Assembly (NCBI GenBank): GCA_964612925.1
Contig: CAZTFU010000003.1
Coordinates: forward strand, 23,425 to 87,424
Reading direction: 5' to 3'
Origin: an uncultured Clostridium sp.
Lineage (GTDB): Bacteria > Bacillota > Clostridia > Christensenellales > CAG-138
Length of the DNA: 64,000 nt
Part shown: positions 53,276-62,139 of the stretch, one piece after another
Layout of the letters: each line of letters starts with the position of its first letter
How positions within the stretch are numbered: position 1 is the stretch's first letter
Translations under genes and position numbers: made by a program
The notes under the pieces: model-generated
The model's input: only the letters and a program-made list of their open reading frames with translations
Told to the model about the DNA's origin: nothing
The model's database searches: none

Positions 53276-53329
53276 TTTATACCTCCTTCTTACAAAATAA
53301 TAAGGATTTCTCCATAATCCCACAAAAAA

Positions 53330-53352
53330 GGTTAATTACATAATAATTAACC
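53330..53352. promoter_or_regulatory. 9-bp inverted repeat GGTTAATTA-n5-TAATTAACC, candidate MarR operator
   Basis: Perfect palindrome 55-77 nt upstream of the marR start. Confidence 0.4.
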
Positions 53353-53558
53353 GACTAAACGATATTTTATACACGCTTTATCAAATTGTCAACGTAAAAA
53401 ATGCTTTTTTCCATTTTTGCCTTAATTTCGCAAAAATATCGCTAAAAGCTGACTTTTTACGCTAAAAGCAGTCCCTTTTGCCGCGAAGATATTGATGCTA
53501 TCCTTTATACACGGAAAGCAAAATTTCCCGCCAAACGGACAAATAAAGGAGGATACAT

Positions 53559-54359
53559 ATGACAAAATATAGGGTATTGATGGCGGATCCGAATGCACAG
53601 CTTTTAAGCAGTACCAAGGAATACTTCCTTGCGCAGGAAAACATTTCCGTGTTCGACACGGTATCGGACGGCGCGGCCGCGCTTGAGGCGCTGAACAACA
53701 ATCGCTACGACGTGCTTATAACGGAGCTTATAATGCCCCATGCGGACGGGTTTGAGCTGCTTGAGCGCATAGCCGCGGGTATAATAAGCGATGCGCCTGC
53801 GGTTTTGGTGCTAAGTGCCATGCGCAGTGAAAGCATGGTGCGCCGCTGTTGTGCGCTCGGTGCCAAATATTATATGGTAAAGCCCGCCGAGAGCGACGCC
53901 GTGTACAAGCGCACACTTGACATTGCCGACGAGCCCAATCTTGCTTATTCGCAGCTCATTTCCCCGTCTCAGCAGCCGAAAACGCTTGATGAGAAGATTA
54001 CCGCCGTGTTTCTTGTTGTCGGCATACCCGCGCACATAAAGGGGTATCACTACCTTCGCGAGGCAATACGCATGGTGTACTTCCGTCCGGAGCTTATAAA
54101 CCGAATAACCAAGGAGCTTTATCCCGGCATCGCACGGCACTTTTCAACATCCGCTTCAAAGGTGGAACGTGCCATTCGCCACTCCATAGAGGTGGCATGG
54201 ACGCGCGGCAGAATAGAGAACATAAACCAGCTGTTCGGCTACAACATATATTCAAAGAACGACAAGCCTACAAACGGCGAATTTATCGCCCTTGTTGCGG
54301 ATAAGCTTATAATGGAAAGCAACCGTGAGGGTGGCGGCGATATACGTCCCGCAATGTGA
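53559..54359 (+). CDS. spo0A: Sporulation master regulator Spo0A
   Basis: Receiver domain ([14 protein letters not shown]) plus the Spo0A-specific C-terminal domain ([29 protein letters not shown]). Confidence 0.95.
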   Translation: MTKYRVLMADPNAQLLSSTKEYFLAQENISVFDTVSDGAAALEALNNNRYDVLITELIMPHADGFELLERIAAGIISDAPAVLVLSAMRSESMVRRCCALGAKYYMVKPAESDAVYKRTLDIADEPNLAYSQLISPSQQPKTLDEKITAVFLVVGIPAHIKGYHYLREAIRMVYFRPELINRITKELYPGIARHFSTSASKVERAIRHSIEVAWTRGRIENINQLFGYNIYSKNDKPTNGEFIALVADKLIMESNREGGGDIRPAM

Positions 54360-54412
54360 CATGATGCATGTATATTCATTCATCGGATGCATATTCAACA
54401 CTTCTGCACCCT

Positions 54413-54477
54413 TTATGCACATTGCAAACAGGCTAAATCAACCGCATTGTGGATAAGTCTGTGGAAATTGTGGATAA
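54413..54477. promoter_or_regulatory. Cluster of four DnaA-box-like 9-mers
   Basis: TTATGCACA (54413-54421, 1 mismatch), TGTGGATAA (54448-54456, perfect reverse complement of TTATCCACA), TGTGGAAAT (54460-54468), TGTGGATAA (54469-54477, perfect). Confidence 0.6.
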
Positions 54478-54558
54478 CTTTGAATGTATATACAGCCTTT
54501 TATACATATTTTTGCAGGATATACCCTTTTTCGTTCCCAAGGATCTCCATGAAAAGCG

Positions 54559-54590
54559 CAAAAGCACCGCGATTATGCGGTGCTTTGTGC
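54559..54590 (+). terminator. Terminator hairpin, which is also the left 32-nt direct repeat of the island
   Basis: caaaagcaccgc-gattat-gcggtgctttgtgc. It matches 57060-57091 at 28 of 32 positions (three of the four differences lie in the loop). Confidence 0.6.
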
Positions 54591-54608
54591 TTAAAGGACA
54601 AGCTAATC

Positions 54609-54887
54609 TCAAGAGTCGACCCATTCAATGTTCTTTTCAATTTCCCAAAATGACTTTCCATTAAAGATTTTAGCTTTTTCAAATGCCTCAACAGGGTATT
54701 CGTCACTATCAGATGTCAAGTGCCACTCGAAATCCGCCGAAGGATTCTCAATTATATAGAGTTCAAGCGTCGGTTTCCCATCCGCATAGTACCCCTGTAG
54801 AAAATACTTATCACCGTCATAAAGGAAGAAACGCTCACTGCCATAATAAAGCCCATCGATGAATTCTTTTACATCACCATTAATCAT
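54609..54887 (-). CDS. Small acidic protein, candidate immunity or antitoxin partner
   Basis: 92 aa, rich in Asp/Glu. Its start overlaps the upstream stop by 4 nt (ATGA). Confidence 0.5.
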   Translation of the reverse strand: MINGDVKEFIDGLYYGSERFFLYDGDKYFLQGYYADGKPTLELYIIENPSADFEWHLTSDSDEYPVEAFEKAKIFNGKSFWEIEKNIEWVDS

Positions 54888-55267
54888 TTTAACTTTACTC
54901 CTTTCAAAAACTTTTTTAACCGTTTTACCTCATCCGTTGTTGGAAAACGAGCATAACGATCTCTGAAATTATCTCGCTCATATTCATGGATATGTAATAC
55001 ATTATCCTGCCTATTGCCACCATTTAGTCTGGGCTCCGGATGGTAAGCAATCTCTTTCACCAAATAGTGATTCTCGTCATATATGCGCATCTCATGGAAA
55101 GTTCCATCAGGTTTTAGCCTTATATATGCGCTGCTGGAATGGGATTCCTCAGGCAATCCGTGCTTGCCGCCAACTCCAACCAAAACTTTTACACCCTCAA
55201 TAATACCAATCGTCTTATAGGTATATGGAACAGGATTTCCTGCAGCAAAAGTGCCCCTGCCGCCCAT
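54884..55267 (-). CDS. Small basic protein of unknown function, candidate toxin
   Basis: 127 aa, rich in Lys/Arg/His (GGKHGLPEESHSSS, HIHEYERDNFRDRY). Translationally coupled to the 92-aa ORF. Confidence 0.5.
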   Translation of the reverse strand: MGGRGTFAAGNPVPYTYKTIGIIEGVKVLVGVGGKHGLPEESHSSSAYIRLKPDGTFHEMRIYDENHYLVKEIAYHPEPRLNGGNRQDNVLHIHEYERDNFRDRYARFPTTDEVKRLKKFLKGVKLK

Positions 55268-55268
55268 A

Positions 55269-55892
55269 TTAGCGCACCGCCTTTCGGGATGATCTATAAT
55301 CTACCTCGACAACGCTGCCATCCATTTCCGAAAAAGCGCTACCGAAGCAAATAACAGTTTGAGGCTTCAACCTCTTCATCATCGCATTATAGCCGCGCAT
55401 AAAATGCAACTTTGATTTCTTACAGCCAAGAGTGCTAACCGCAACAATGGCATTCTGTTCCACGCCATCAAAGCAAAATTCAAAGCTTCTCGGTGTGCTC
55501 CAGCTTATTGTAGGAATAACTTTCAGGCCATTGTTTTGCCAATATGCGCCTACCCAGCGATTTTTAGCAACACTTTCAAGCTGTCGCCATAAATCCATAT
55601 CGGCATATGTAGAATAATCTGGCGTAAGTAAGAATGCATACTGTCCGTATTTTTTCAATGTACGCTCCGGATGAGTATAAATACCTTCAAATCGATAATC
55701 ATCTACAAAAAAGTGAACGCCACGGGCACAATTAAGTTCATTGTCTTTGCTGCGAGTATCAGAGCATGCAATTAAGGAGATTGACGATGTATCAATCCAT
55801 TGCTTGCGAACAAGTGGAATATTCCATCGTCCCTGCGTCTCATAAAGATTACGCAAAAAGAGCGGATTATTTCGCATGTCTTTTCCAATCAT
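55269..55892 (-). CDS. DUF4417-like protein
   Basis: 207 aa. GVHFFVDDYRFE and LTPDYS motifs, recalled as typical of DUF4417 (not verified by search). Confidence 0.55.
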   Translation of the reverse strand: MIGKDMRNNPLFLRNLYETQGRWNIPLVRKQWIDTSSISLIACSDTRSKDNELNCARGVHFFVDDYRFEGIYTHPERTLKKYGQYAFLLTPDYSTYADMDLWRQLESVAKNRWVGAYWQNNGLKVIPTISWSTPRSFEFCFDGVEQNAIVAVSTLGCKKSKLHFMRGYNAMMKRLKPQTVICFGSAFSEMDGSVVEVDYRSSRKAVR

Positions 55893-56084
55893 ATGTTATT
55901 TACCTCCATTTCCGTTCTAAACAATGTTTTTATTTTACCAATAGACTTCTTTTACGGAATATGCTAAAATGACAGTAATGTATTTGGATATGTTTAGCAT
56001 GTTCGATGCAAAGACACATTTGCTTGCTGAGCCACCAGCTTACAGATGTGCCTTTATTTTTACCCTCAATAGAACCACCTCCTA

Positions 56085-56636
56085 TCATGACACACCACGA
56101 AATTGATTCAAGAGTTCAAATTCGTACTTGGTATACTCTGAAGAGCCATGTTGCAGCCATTTTATATAATAATCGTACGCATAGCGAGCGGCTTCTAAAC
56201 TCACGCCGAATGTTTTGGCTATATCCCTTGAATTATCTAATCTCAGTTTTTGTACAAGCACCGGCGGAACAAGTGCATATTTTGCAAAAAATTTTACCTC
56301 TTTTTCTGCCAATTCGCTATCTTCACTATGGTCTAAAACGATATGACCTATTTCATGCATAATTGTATTATTGATACGTCCGCAACCTTTTTTATCATTA
56401 TAAAATATGTACCATTCCCCGTCATCTCTCTGCAACGAAAACCCGTCATCGCTCTCTTTTAAGAGGAGACATTGATGCTTTTTCGGCTTAGCTGAATAAG
56501 GAATAACCTTAACACCCATTTTTGTCGCCAATTCGAACCCATTAACCGGCACGCAAGAAACGTTGTATTGTACAAATGTATCAACAACAGCCTGCTTGAT
56601 TTCTTCATACCTTGTATACGATAAACAAGCTCCCAA
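56085..56636 (-). CDS. ImmA/IrrE-family zinc metallopeptidase
   Basis: 183 aa with HEIGH motif (MHEIGHIVLDH). Immediately downstream of an XRE regulator. Confidence 0.8.
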   Translation of the reverse strand: MGACLSYTRYEEIKQAVVDTFVQYNVSCVPVNGFELATKMGVKVIPYSAKPKKHQCLLLKESDDGFSLQRDDGEWYIFYNDKKGCGRINNTIMHEIGHIVLDHSEDSELAEKEVKFFAKYALVPPVLVQKLRLDNSRDIAKTFGVSLEAARYAYDYYIKWLQHGSSEYTKYEFELLNQFRGVS

Positions 56637-56638
56637 TA

Positions 56639-56950
56639 TTACTCCTCCCCAAACAATGCGTTAATCAATTCTTTCTTTTCTTGCTCGGTCATTGAAGCTG
56701 CATTTCTGGCAATCATTCGCCGAACTCTTGAATGATTAAACTCTTCATTTTCAATTCCAAGCAGAAAATCTGATGTTGTATGAAGTGCAGTCGCGATATT
56801 CGCCAATGCGCTCGGCTTCGGCTCTCGGTCACCGGAAACATATCTGGATATTACAGCTTCCGTTACTCCTATTCGTATCGCCAATTCTTTCTGGGTCATT
56901 CCCCTTTTTTGCAAAGTTTCGGCTATGCGTAAGCCTAATTCCTTTCCCAT
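56639..56950 (-). CDS. XRE-family helix-turn-helix regulator
   Basis: HTH MTQKELAIRIGVTEAVISRYVSG. Start at MGKELG after AAAGGAG. Confidence 0.85.
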   Translation of the reverse strand: MGKELGLRIAETLQKRGMTQKELAIRIGVTEAVISRYVSGDREPKPSALANIATALHTTSDFLLGIENEEFNHSRVRRMIARNAASMTEQEKKELINALFGEE

Positions 56951-57059
56951 AAAAGTACTCCTTTCCATGCCATCTAATCGATGCTATACATAGTATATCC
57001 ATGACTTGCCAATTTGTCAATATGTGTTGCCGGTATTTTTGTCCTTTTTTCATCGGCCA

Positions 57060-57091
57060 CAAAAGCACCGCCCATATGCGGTGCTTTGCGC
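57060..57091 (-). terminator. Terminator of the ABC-F gene, which is also the right direct repeat of the island
   Basis: caaaagcaccgc-ccatat-gcggtgctttgcgc. Confidence 0.6.
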
Positions 57092-57115
57092 TACATCATA
57101 TATTGTGTTTAGGTT

Positions 57116-59041
57116 TTACTCCTCTTCGGCTTCAAGTTCCTCAAGGGCGGCCGTTGCCTGTTCCCATTTTTCGTAAAGTGTGTCAAGCTGTGCGCGTTTT
57201 TCATCTATTGTGCGGCTCAGTTCGGTCGCCTTTACGTAATCCGCGGCTACGGCGGGGCTTGCAAGCTTGGCCTCAAGCTCGCTTATTTCGTTCTCGGCCG
57301 CGTTCACCCTTTCCTCGGCACGTTTCAGCTCGCCCTGTGCGCGGTTTATGGCACCTTGGCGGTTTCGCTTGGCGCGGTAGCTTTCGCCCGCGGCACTGCG
57401 CTGTGATGCCGTGCTTTCCGTCGCCGCGGCATCGCGCTGCTGCTTTGCACTAAGATAATCCTCATACCCGCCTATGAAGCTTTCCACTCCGTTTTCATTC
57501 ATATAAAGCACCCTGTCCGCAAGGCGTTCAACAAGGTAACGGTCGTGCGTTACTATAAGCATGGTGCCTTCATATTCCTCAAGCGCACGTTCAAGTGCCT
57601 CTCGCGAATCGATATCAAGGTGGTTTGTGGGCTCGTCAAGCAACAGTAGGTTAGACCCGCTCAGCATCAGCTTCAAAAGCTTTACACGTGCCACCTCGCC
57701 GCCGCTAAGCTTTTCAAGGGGCTTAAAAACATCATCCCCCTTAAAAAGAAATGCCGCAAGTGCCGAGCGTATCTCCGTATCGCTCATGCGGGGATAGCAG
57801 TTGCGTATTTCCTCTATCGCCGTGGCCTGAGTATTCAAACCGGCCGCGTTCTGCTCGTAATAGCCCGCATGAACATTCGCCCCAAGGCGGCAGGAGCCCG
57901 CATCCGCTCTGAGTTTGCCCATTATTATTTTGAGCAATGTGGTTTTGCCGCAACCGTTCGGCCCGAGCAGAAATACCCTTTCGCCCTTTTTTATAAGCAT
58001 ATCCGCATTGCGGAAAACGGACTTGTCAAAGCTTTTTGCAAGTCCCTTGGCTATCACCACATCGTTGCCGCTTACGGCATCGGCATGAAAGTGAAAATGT
58101 ATGCTGTCCGTATCGCGTTCGGGCGCAACAAGCGTCTGCCGCAGTCTGTCGGCCTGTTTTTGCTTGCTTGCGGCCGTGATGAAGTTATGCTCCTGACCCC
58201 AACGCCGCTGCTGCGCAACAATGCCTTCTATGCGGCGTATCTCCTTTTGCGTGTTCACATAACGGCGGCGCAACATTTCCTGTTCATCCGCCATAAGCTC
58301 GCGGTGGCGCGTGTAGTTACCCTCGCTTACATAAAAGCGCGTATTCTTTATTTCCATTGTGCGGCGCGTTACCGCATCAAGAAAATACCTGTCGTGCGAT
58401 ATCACTATAAATGCGCCCTGATAGCCCTTCAGAAAGTCCTCAAGCCACGCTATGGAATCCATATCAAGGTGATTGGTGGGCTCGTCAAGCAGTAACAGTT
58501 GCGCTCCGCTCAAAAGCACCTTTGCAAGCTGTGCCTTGTTCCTTTGCCCGCCGCTCATGTCTCCAAGCCGCTTTGTAAGCTCCTCTTCCGTAAAGCCAAG
58601 CCCCATAAGCGCACTGCGGGTGCGGCTTTTATATGTAAGCCCGCCGTCAAATTCATACTTTTCGCGCAGACTGTGCTGGCGCTTTATAAGCGCATCCAAC
58701 CTGTCACCTTGAGCATTGACAAGCTGTGCATCTATACTTTTAAGCTCCTCCTCCATATCCGTAAAGTGACGGAAAGCCTCAAGCGTAGCATCGTAAACGG
58801 TACAATCGGTATTGGCTATGGTTTGGGTCATGCTGATTATCTTTGCGTTTTTTGCGCGGAAAAGCTCCCCCGAATCGTAGCCTTCTTCACCTAACAGTAT
58901 GCGAAAAAGAGTGGTTTTGCCGCAACCGTTCACGCCAACAAGACCTACCCTGTCTTTTTCGCCTATTTCAAAGGATACTCCGTCAAAAAGCAACCTTTCA
59001 ACAAATTCCTTTTTTAGATCGTGTGCAGAAATAATTGGCAT
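57116..59041 (-). CDS. ABC-F family ATPase (translation factor type)
   Basis: 641 aa. Two NBDs (GVNGCGKTT, GPNGCGKTT; LSGGQ, LSGGE), no TMD, C-terminal coiled coil. Confidence 0.9.
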   Translation of the reverse strand: MPIISAHDLKKEFVERLLFDGVSFEIGEKDRVGLVGVNGCGKTTLFRILLGEEGYDSGELFRAKNAKIISMTQTIANTDCTVYDATLEAFRHFTDMEEELKSIDAQLVNAQGDRLDALIKRQHSLREKYEFDGGLTYKSRTRSALMGLGFTEEELTKRLGDMSGGQRNKAQLAKVLLSGAQLLLLDEPTNHLDMDSIAWLEDFLKGYQGAFIVISHDRYFLDAVTRRTMEIKNTRFYVSEGNYTRHRELMADEQEMLRRRYVNTQKEIRRIEGIVAQQRRWGQEHNFITAASKQKQADRLRQTLVAPERDTDSIHFHFHADAVSGNDVVIAKGLAKSFDKSVFRNADMLIKKGERVFLLGPNGCGKTTLLKIIMGKLRADAGSCRLGANVHAGYYEQNAAGLNTQATAIEEIRNCYPRMSDTEIRSALAAFLFKGDDVFKPLEKLSGGEVARVKLLKLMLSGSNLLLLDEPTNHLDIDSREALERALEEYEGTMLIVTHDRYLVERLADRVLYMNENGVESFIGGYEDYLSAKQQRDAAATESTASQRSAAGESYRAKRNRQGAINRAQGELKRAEERVNAAENEISELEAKLASPAVAADYVKATELSRTIDEKRAQLDTLYEKWEQATAALEELEAEEE

Positions 59042-59063
59042 AATGCCTTATCCCTTTCAAAAA

Positions 59064-59579
59064 TTATCCTTTCGGATTCAGCGTCCATATGGTTCTGTTC
59101 TTCTTTTGGGCATATTCCACGGTGTTCCACGTGCCGCCGCGTATGCCGTCAAACACGGCGATAACGAGTGCACTGTTGTCCACCATGTATATGTTGCGTT
59201 CCATGTAGGCGGCATGTGAAAAAGACTGCGAAATCACGCTTGTTTTGTCACAGCGAAGCAGTATTTCATCCTGCCTTGCCCTTAGGGAGGAACTCAAATG
59301 CCCATTAAATGAAACATACGGCATGGCTATTTCAAGCGTTACGTCATCCTCGCTCTTTTTGAACATGAGCACGGCCTCCGCCGCGTACATGTCAATGCCC
59401 GTGGCCCCGCCCGCGATAAAATGCGTAAAGCCGAGCGAATAGGCAAGCTCTATCTTGCCGTACAGCCTGCGCTTCAGCGATATACACCTTGCATCGTTTT
59501 CGTTGTATCCCCACGGTAGCTTTTGCGGTCTGTAGCCTGTGAAGCAGGCCGTTGTCATCCTTTTATCGGTATTATTCAT
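59064..59579 (-). CDS. SLOG-fold protein, DUF1273/YpsA-like
   Basis: CFTGYRPQKL ... HFIAGGATGIDMYAAEAVL. The ATG is coupled to the upstream stop (TGAtATG). Confidence 0.6.
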   Translation of the reverse strand: MNNTDKRMTTACFTGYRPQKLPWGYNENDARCISLKRRLYGKIELAYSLGFTHFIAGGATGIDMYAAEAVLMFKKSEDDVTLEIAMPYVSFNGHLSSSLRARQDEILLRCDKTSVISQSFSHAAYMERNIYMVDNSALVIAVFDGIRGGTWNTVEYAQKKNRTIWTLNPKG

Positions 59580-59580
59580 A

Positions 59581-60597
59581 TCAATAGCGATTGTGCACCT
59601 TTTCCGCAAAGCCCATGAAGTCCTTCAGCTCTATCGCTTTGCCGTTATCAAGTATCATTTTGCCCGTGAAACGACCAAACACCTGATGCTGATCCGTTTC
59701 AAGCACCAGCGCATTGGTGCGGGCCGCGCGGTCTATCGCGGGCACAAAGTCCATTTCAAAGCGGCCGTCATCGCTCGTGAATGTCCACGGCTTTACATAG
59801 CTGTCATCGGGTATGTTGAACCGCACTTCGGACAGTTTATGCACAACACCATCATATATTATCACGTTTTCGCTTGCGGCCGATGTATCCCCAAAGCCAT
59901 AGCCTATGTTAAAGCCCACCTTCACGCCGTCAATTACGCCGTTTGCATTGCCCCAATACCACACGTTATCATATGTCCAGACGCCGCGCCCCCAATCAAG
60001 CGTCGCAAAGCTATCCTCGGGCCCAAATACATATGTTTTGCCGTTAAGGTGCATTGAACCGCTTGCACGCATGCAGTTTATTTTTTGATTGTAGTAAAAT
60101 GTGCGCGGCTTTTCAAACGGAGTAGCTATTACCATGCTTTCTTTTGGCAAATCGGTCAGGACTATGTCGGCATTCAACGCTTCATCCCCAAGGAATTTGT
60201 TGAATGCACAGCTCAGCCGCCTTTGCCCGTCCCGTGCCGAAAACTTCATTTTCACGCGCTTGTCGGCATAATACGTTGTGCCGCAAAGTGAGGTTTCGGG
60301 CAGGGCGTATTTGCCCATGGGCATAAGCGTCATTACGGATGTTGTCTTTTCCCACGGTTTTTCAAAATCCAGCACGCTTGCCGATATAAGCCCCATGTAG
60401 CCGTTATCCGCTATCGTAAGCGCAAGCGCATAGCTGTCATTTGAAACGATATAGTAATCCCACTCCTTTATTCGAAGCGGGCTTGCCTTTATGTCACTGC
60501 GTCTATATTCGCTTATAAGCGATCGCGCCCAGCCCTGTTCTGCAATATTGCCTTCCTTATTAAGAAGGGGTGCGCGTGTAACTATCTCGTGCTGCAT
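59581..60597 (-). CDS. DUF2804-like protein
   Basis: Start at MQHEIV after TGGAGG. The WDYYIV motif and a length of ~338 aa are recalled as typical. Tentative. Confidence 0.5.
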   Translation of the reverse strand: MQHEIVTRAPLLNKEGNIAEQGWARSLISEYRRSDIKASPLRIKEWDYYIVSNDSYALALTIADNGYMGLISASVLDFEKPWEKTTSVMTLMPMGKYALPETSLCGTTYYADKRVKMKFSARDGQRRLSCAFNKFLGDEALNADIVLTDLPKESMVIATPFEKPRTFYYNQKINCMRASGSMHLNGKTYVFGPEDSFATLDWGRGVWTYDNVWYWGNANGVIDGVKVGFNIGYGFGDTSAASENVIIYDGVVHKLSEVRFNIPDDSYVKPWTFTSDDGRFEMDFVPAIDRAARTNALVLETDQHQVFGRFTGKMILDNGKAIELKDFMGFAEKVHNRY

Positions 60598-60758
60598 GGG
60601 TATACCTCCAAAGCATATTATTATAAGTATAATTCTTTTTGCCCCGAATCGCAACGATAGCATTTAAGTTGTTTACTCAAAAGCCGCCCGTAACCGTCAC
60701 GGCGAAATTTAAGCCTATGCCACCGCCCCATTTGAATTGTTAACAAAGCGTGTACCGC

Positions 60759-60793
60759 TCGACAAATCGTGCAATTGCGGCTATAATTGACAT
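60759..60793 (+). promoter_or_regulatory. Promoter TCGACA-17-TATAAT ending 6 nt before the ATG (candidate leaderless mRNA)
   Basis: -35 at 60759-60764 and -10 at 60782-60787, with the ATG at 60794. No Shine-Dalgarno sequence is present. Confidence 0.45.
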
Positions 60794-62095
60794 ATGGAAA
60801 AGAAGTGGCAAAAAAGGCGCGAAAGGAACGCCAAAATAAAGCTGTTTTTTAAGCGGATAAAGCTGCCGCTGCTCACCGTGTGCGGCACGTTTATTGCCGC
60901 ATTTATAATAATACCCGTTTCGCTCGGTGCATATAAGCCGTATTCCGAAAACGTGGAAATAGCCGCTCCTGTGCGACAAACGCCAGCATTGAGCCAAATT
61001 CAACCTACACAAACGCCTGATACTGCTTCACTCTCCGAAGCGGAACCGACCCCGTCCGTATCCGATGCGAACGCTTTTACAACCGAGCCTGTGCAGACGG
61101 AGGATACTCAAACGCAGTATTCCCCCCTTATGTACGATACACGGGACGAGGCGGTAAAGCCGCTTCAGCAGCGCCTTATGGATCTATACTATATGGGCAG
61201 TGACGAGCCGACCGATTATTACGGCCCCGTAACGCAGAGCGCGGTAATGGCGTTTCAGCGTGCGCACCACCTGAAGGAAAGCGGAGATGCGGACGAGCAA
61301 ACCTTGGCACTGCTTTTCAGCGATTCCGCAAAGAGCTATGTGCTCAGTAGCGGTTGTTCGGGTGAGGATGTGTTGACACTTCAAACGGAGCTTAAAGAGC
61401 TTGGCTATTACGAGGATAAGCTGAACGGCTATTTCGGCACGGCCACCATGCGCGCTCTTGCCGCATTTCAGAAAAAAAACAAGCTTGACATAACGGGTGA
61501 GGCCGATTACGGCACGCTGGAGCTGCTGTATTCGCCAAAAGCAAAGCCGCTTATAGACCCAACGCCAACGCCTACCCCAACTCCAACGCCAAAGCCGACA
61601 AAGACGCCAAAGCCAACATCAACGGCATCGCCCAAGAAAACGACCACGCCCACCAATACGGAGTCCGCGGCTCCAACTCAGACGGTATCCGACCCGCAGG
61701 TGAATTACGGCGGCGGAGTTTCGGACTTTATAGCAATAGCAAAGCAGCAAATAGGTATAAGATATGTACTTGGCGGCAAGGGACCCGATAAATTCGACTG
61801 TTCGGGCTTTGTATACTATTGCCTTAAATCAATGGGTAAAATGACGCGGTACTACAATTCGGCGGGTATGGGTCAGATAGATTCGTGGCCGACGGTATAC
61901 GGCAAGGATAATTTGCAGGCGGGTGACCTGATATTCTACAAGTCCGAAGGATCGGACACGCGCATAACTCACGTTGCAATATACTTGGGTAACAATAAGC
62001 TTATTCACGCATCCGCAAGTGCGGGCTGTGTATGTATTACATCATGGGGAAGCTGGGGCGACCGCAACTTCCTTTACGGTAAACGTGTATTTTAA
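60794..62095 (+). CDS. Cell-wall hydrolase: N-terminal TM, two PG_binding_1-like repeats, Pro/Thr linker, NlpC/P60 domain
   Basis: 433 aa; GPVTQSAVMAFQ and GTATMRALAAFQ repeats; catalytic DCSGFVYYC ... THVAIYLG. Confidence 0.85.
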   Translation: MEKKWQKRRERNAKIKLFFKRIKLPLLTVCGTFIAAFIIIPVSLGAYKPYSENVEIAAPVRQTPALSQIQPTQTPDTASLSEAEPTPSVSDANAFTTEPVQTEDTQTQYSPLMYDTRDEAVKPLQQRLMDLYYMGSDEPTDYYGPVTQSAVMAFQRAHHLKESGDADEQTLALLFSDSAKSYVLSSGCSGEDVLTLQTELKELGYYEDKLNGYFGTATMRALAAFQKKNKLDITGEADYGTLELLYSPKAKPLIDPTPTPTPTPTPKPTKTPKPTSTASPKKTTTPTNTESAAPTQTVSDPQVNYGGGVSDFIAIAKQQIGIRYVLGGKGPDKFDCSGFVYYCLKSMGKMTRYYNSAGMGQIDSWPTVYGKDNLQAGDLIFYKSEGSDTRITHVAIYLGNNKLIHASASAGCVCITSWGSWGDRNFLYGKRVF

Positions 62096-62139
62096 TAAGA
62101 GGCATAATAAACATGACTAAAGAAGGGTGGTATAACACA

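Larger units (their letters stand above)
54591..57059. mobile_element. Low-GC 2.5-kb island (prophage or ICE remnant) lacking an integrase
   Basis: Visibly AT-richer than its flanks. Bounded by a duplicated hairpin. Gene content: XRE, ImmA, DUF4417 and two small overlapping genes. Confidence 0.5.

Noticed and set aside
53340-53558. Spo0A boxes or a sigma-H promoter upstream of spo0A
   Set aside because: There are only loose matches to TGTCGAA. The direct repeat CGCTAAAAGC x2 was noted, but I cannot support a regulatory call from sequence alone.
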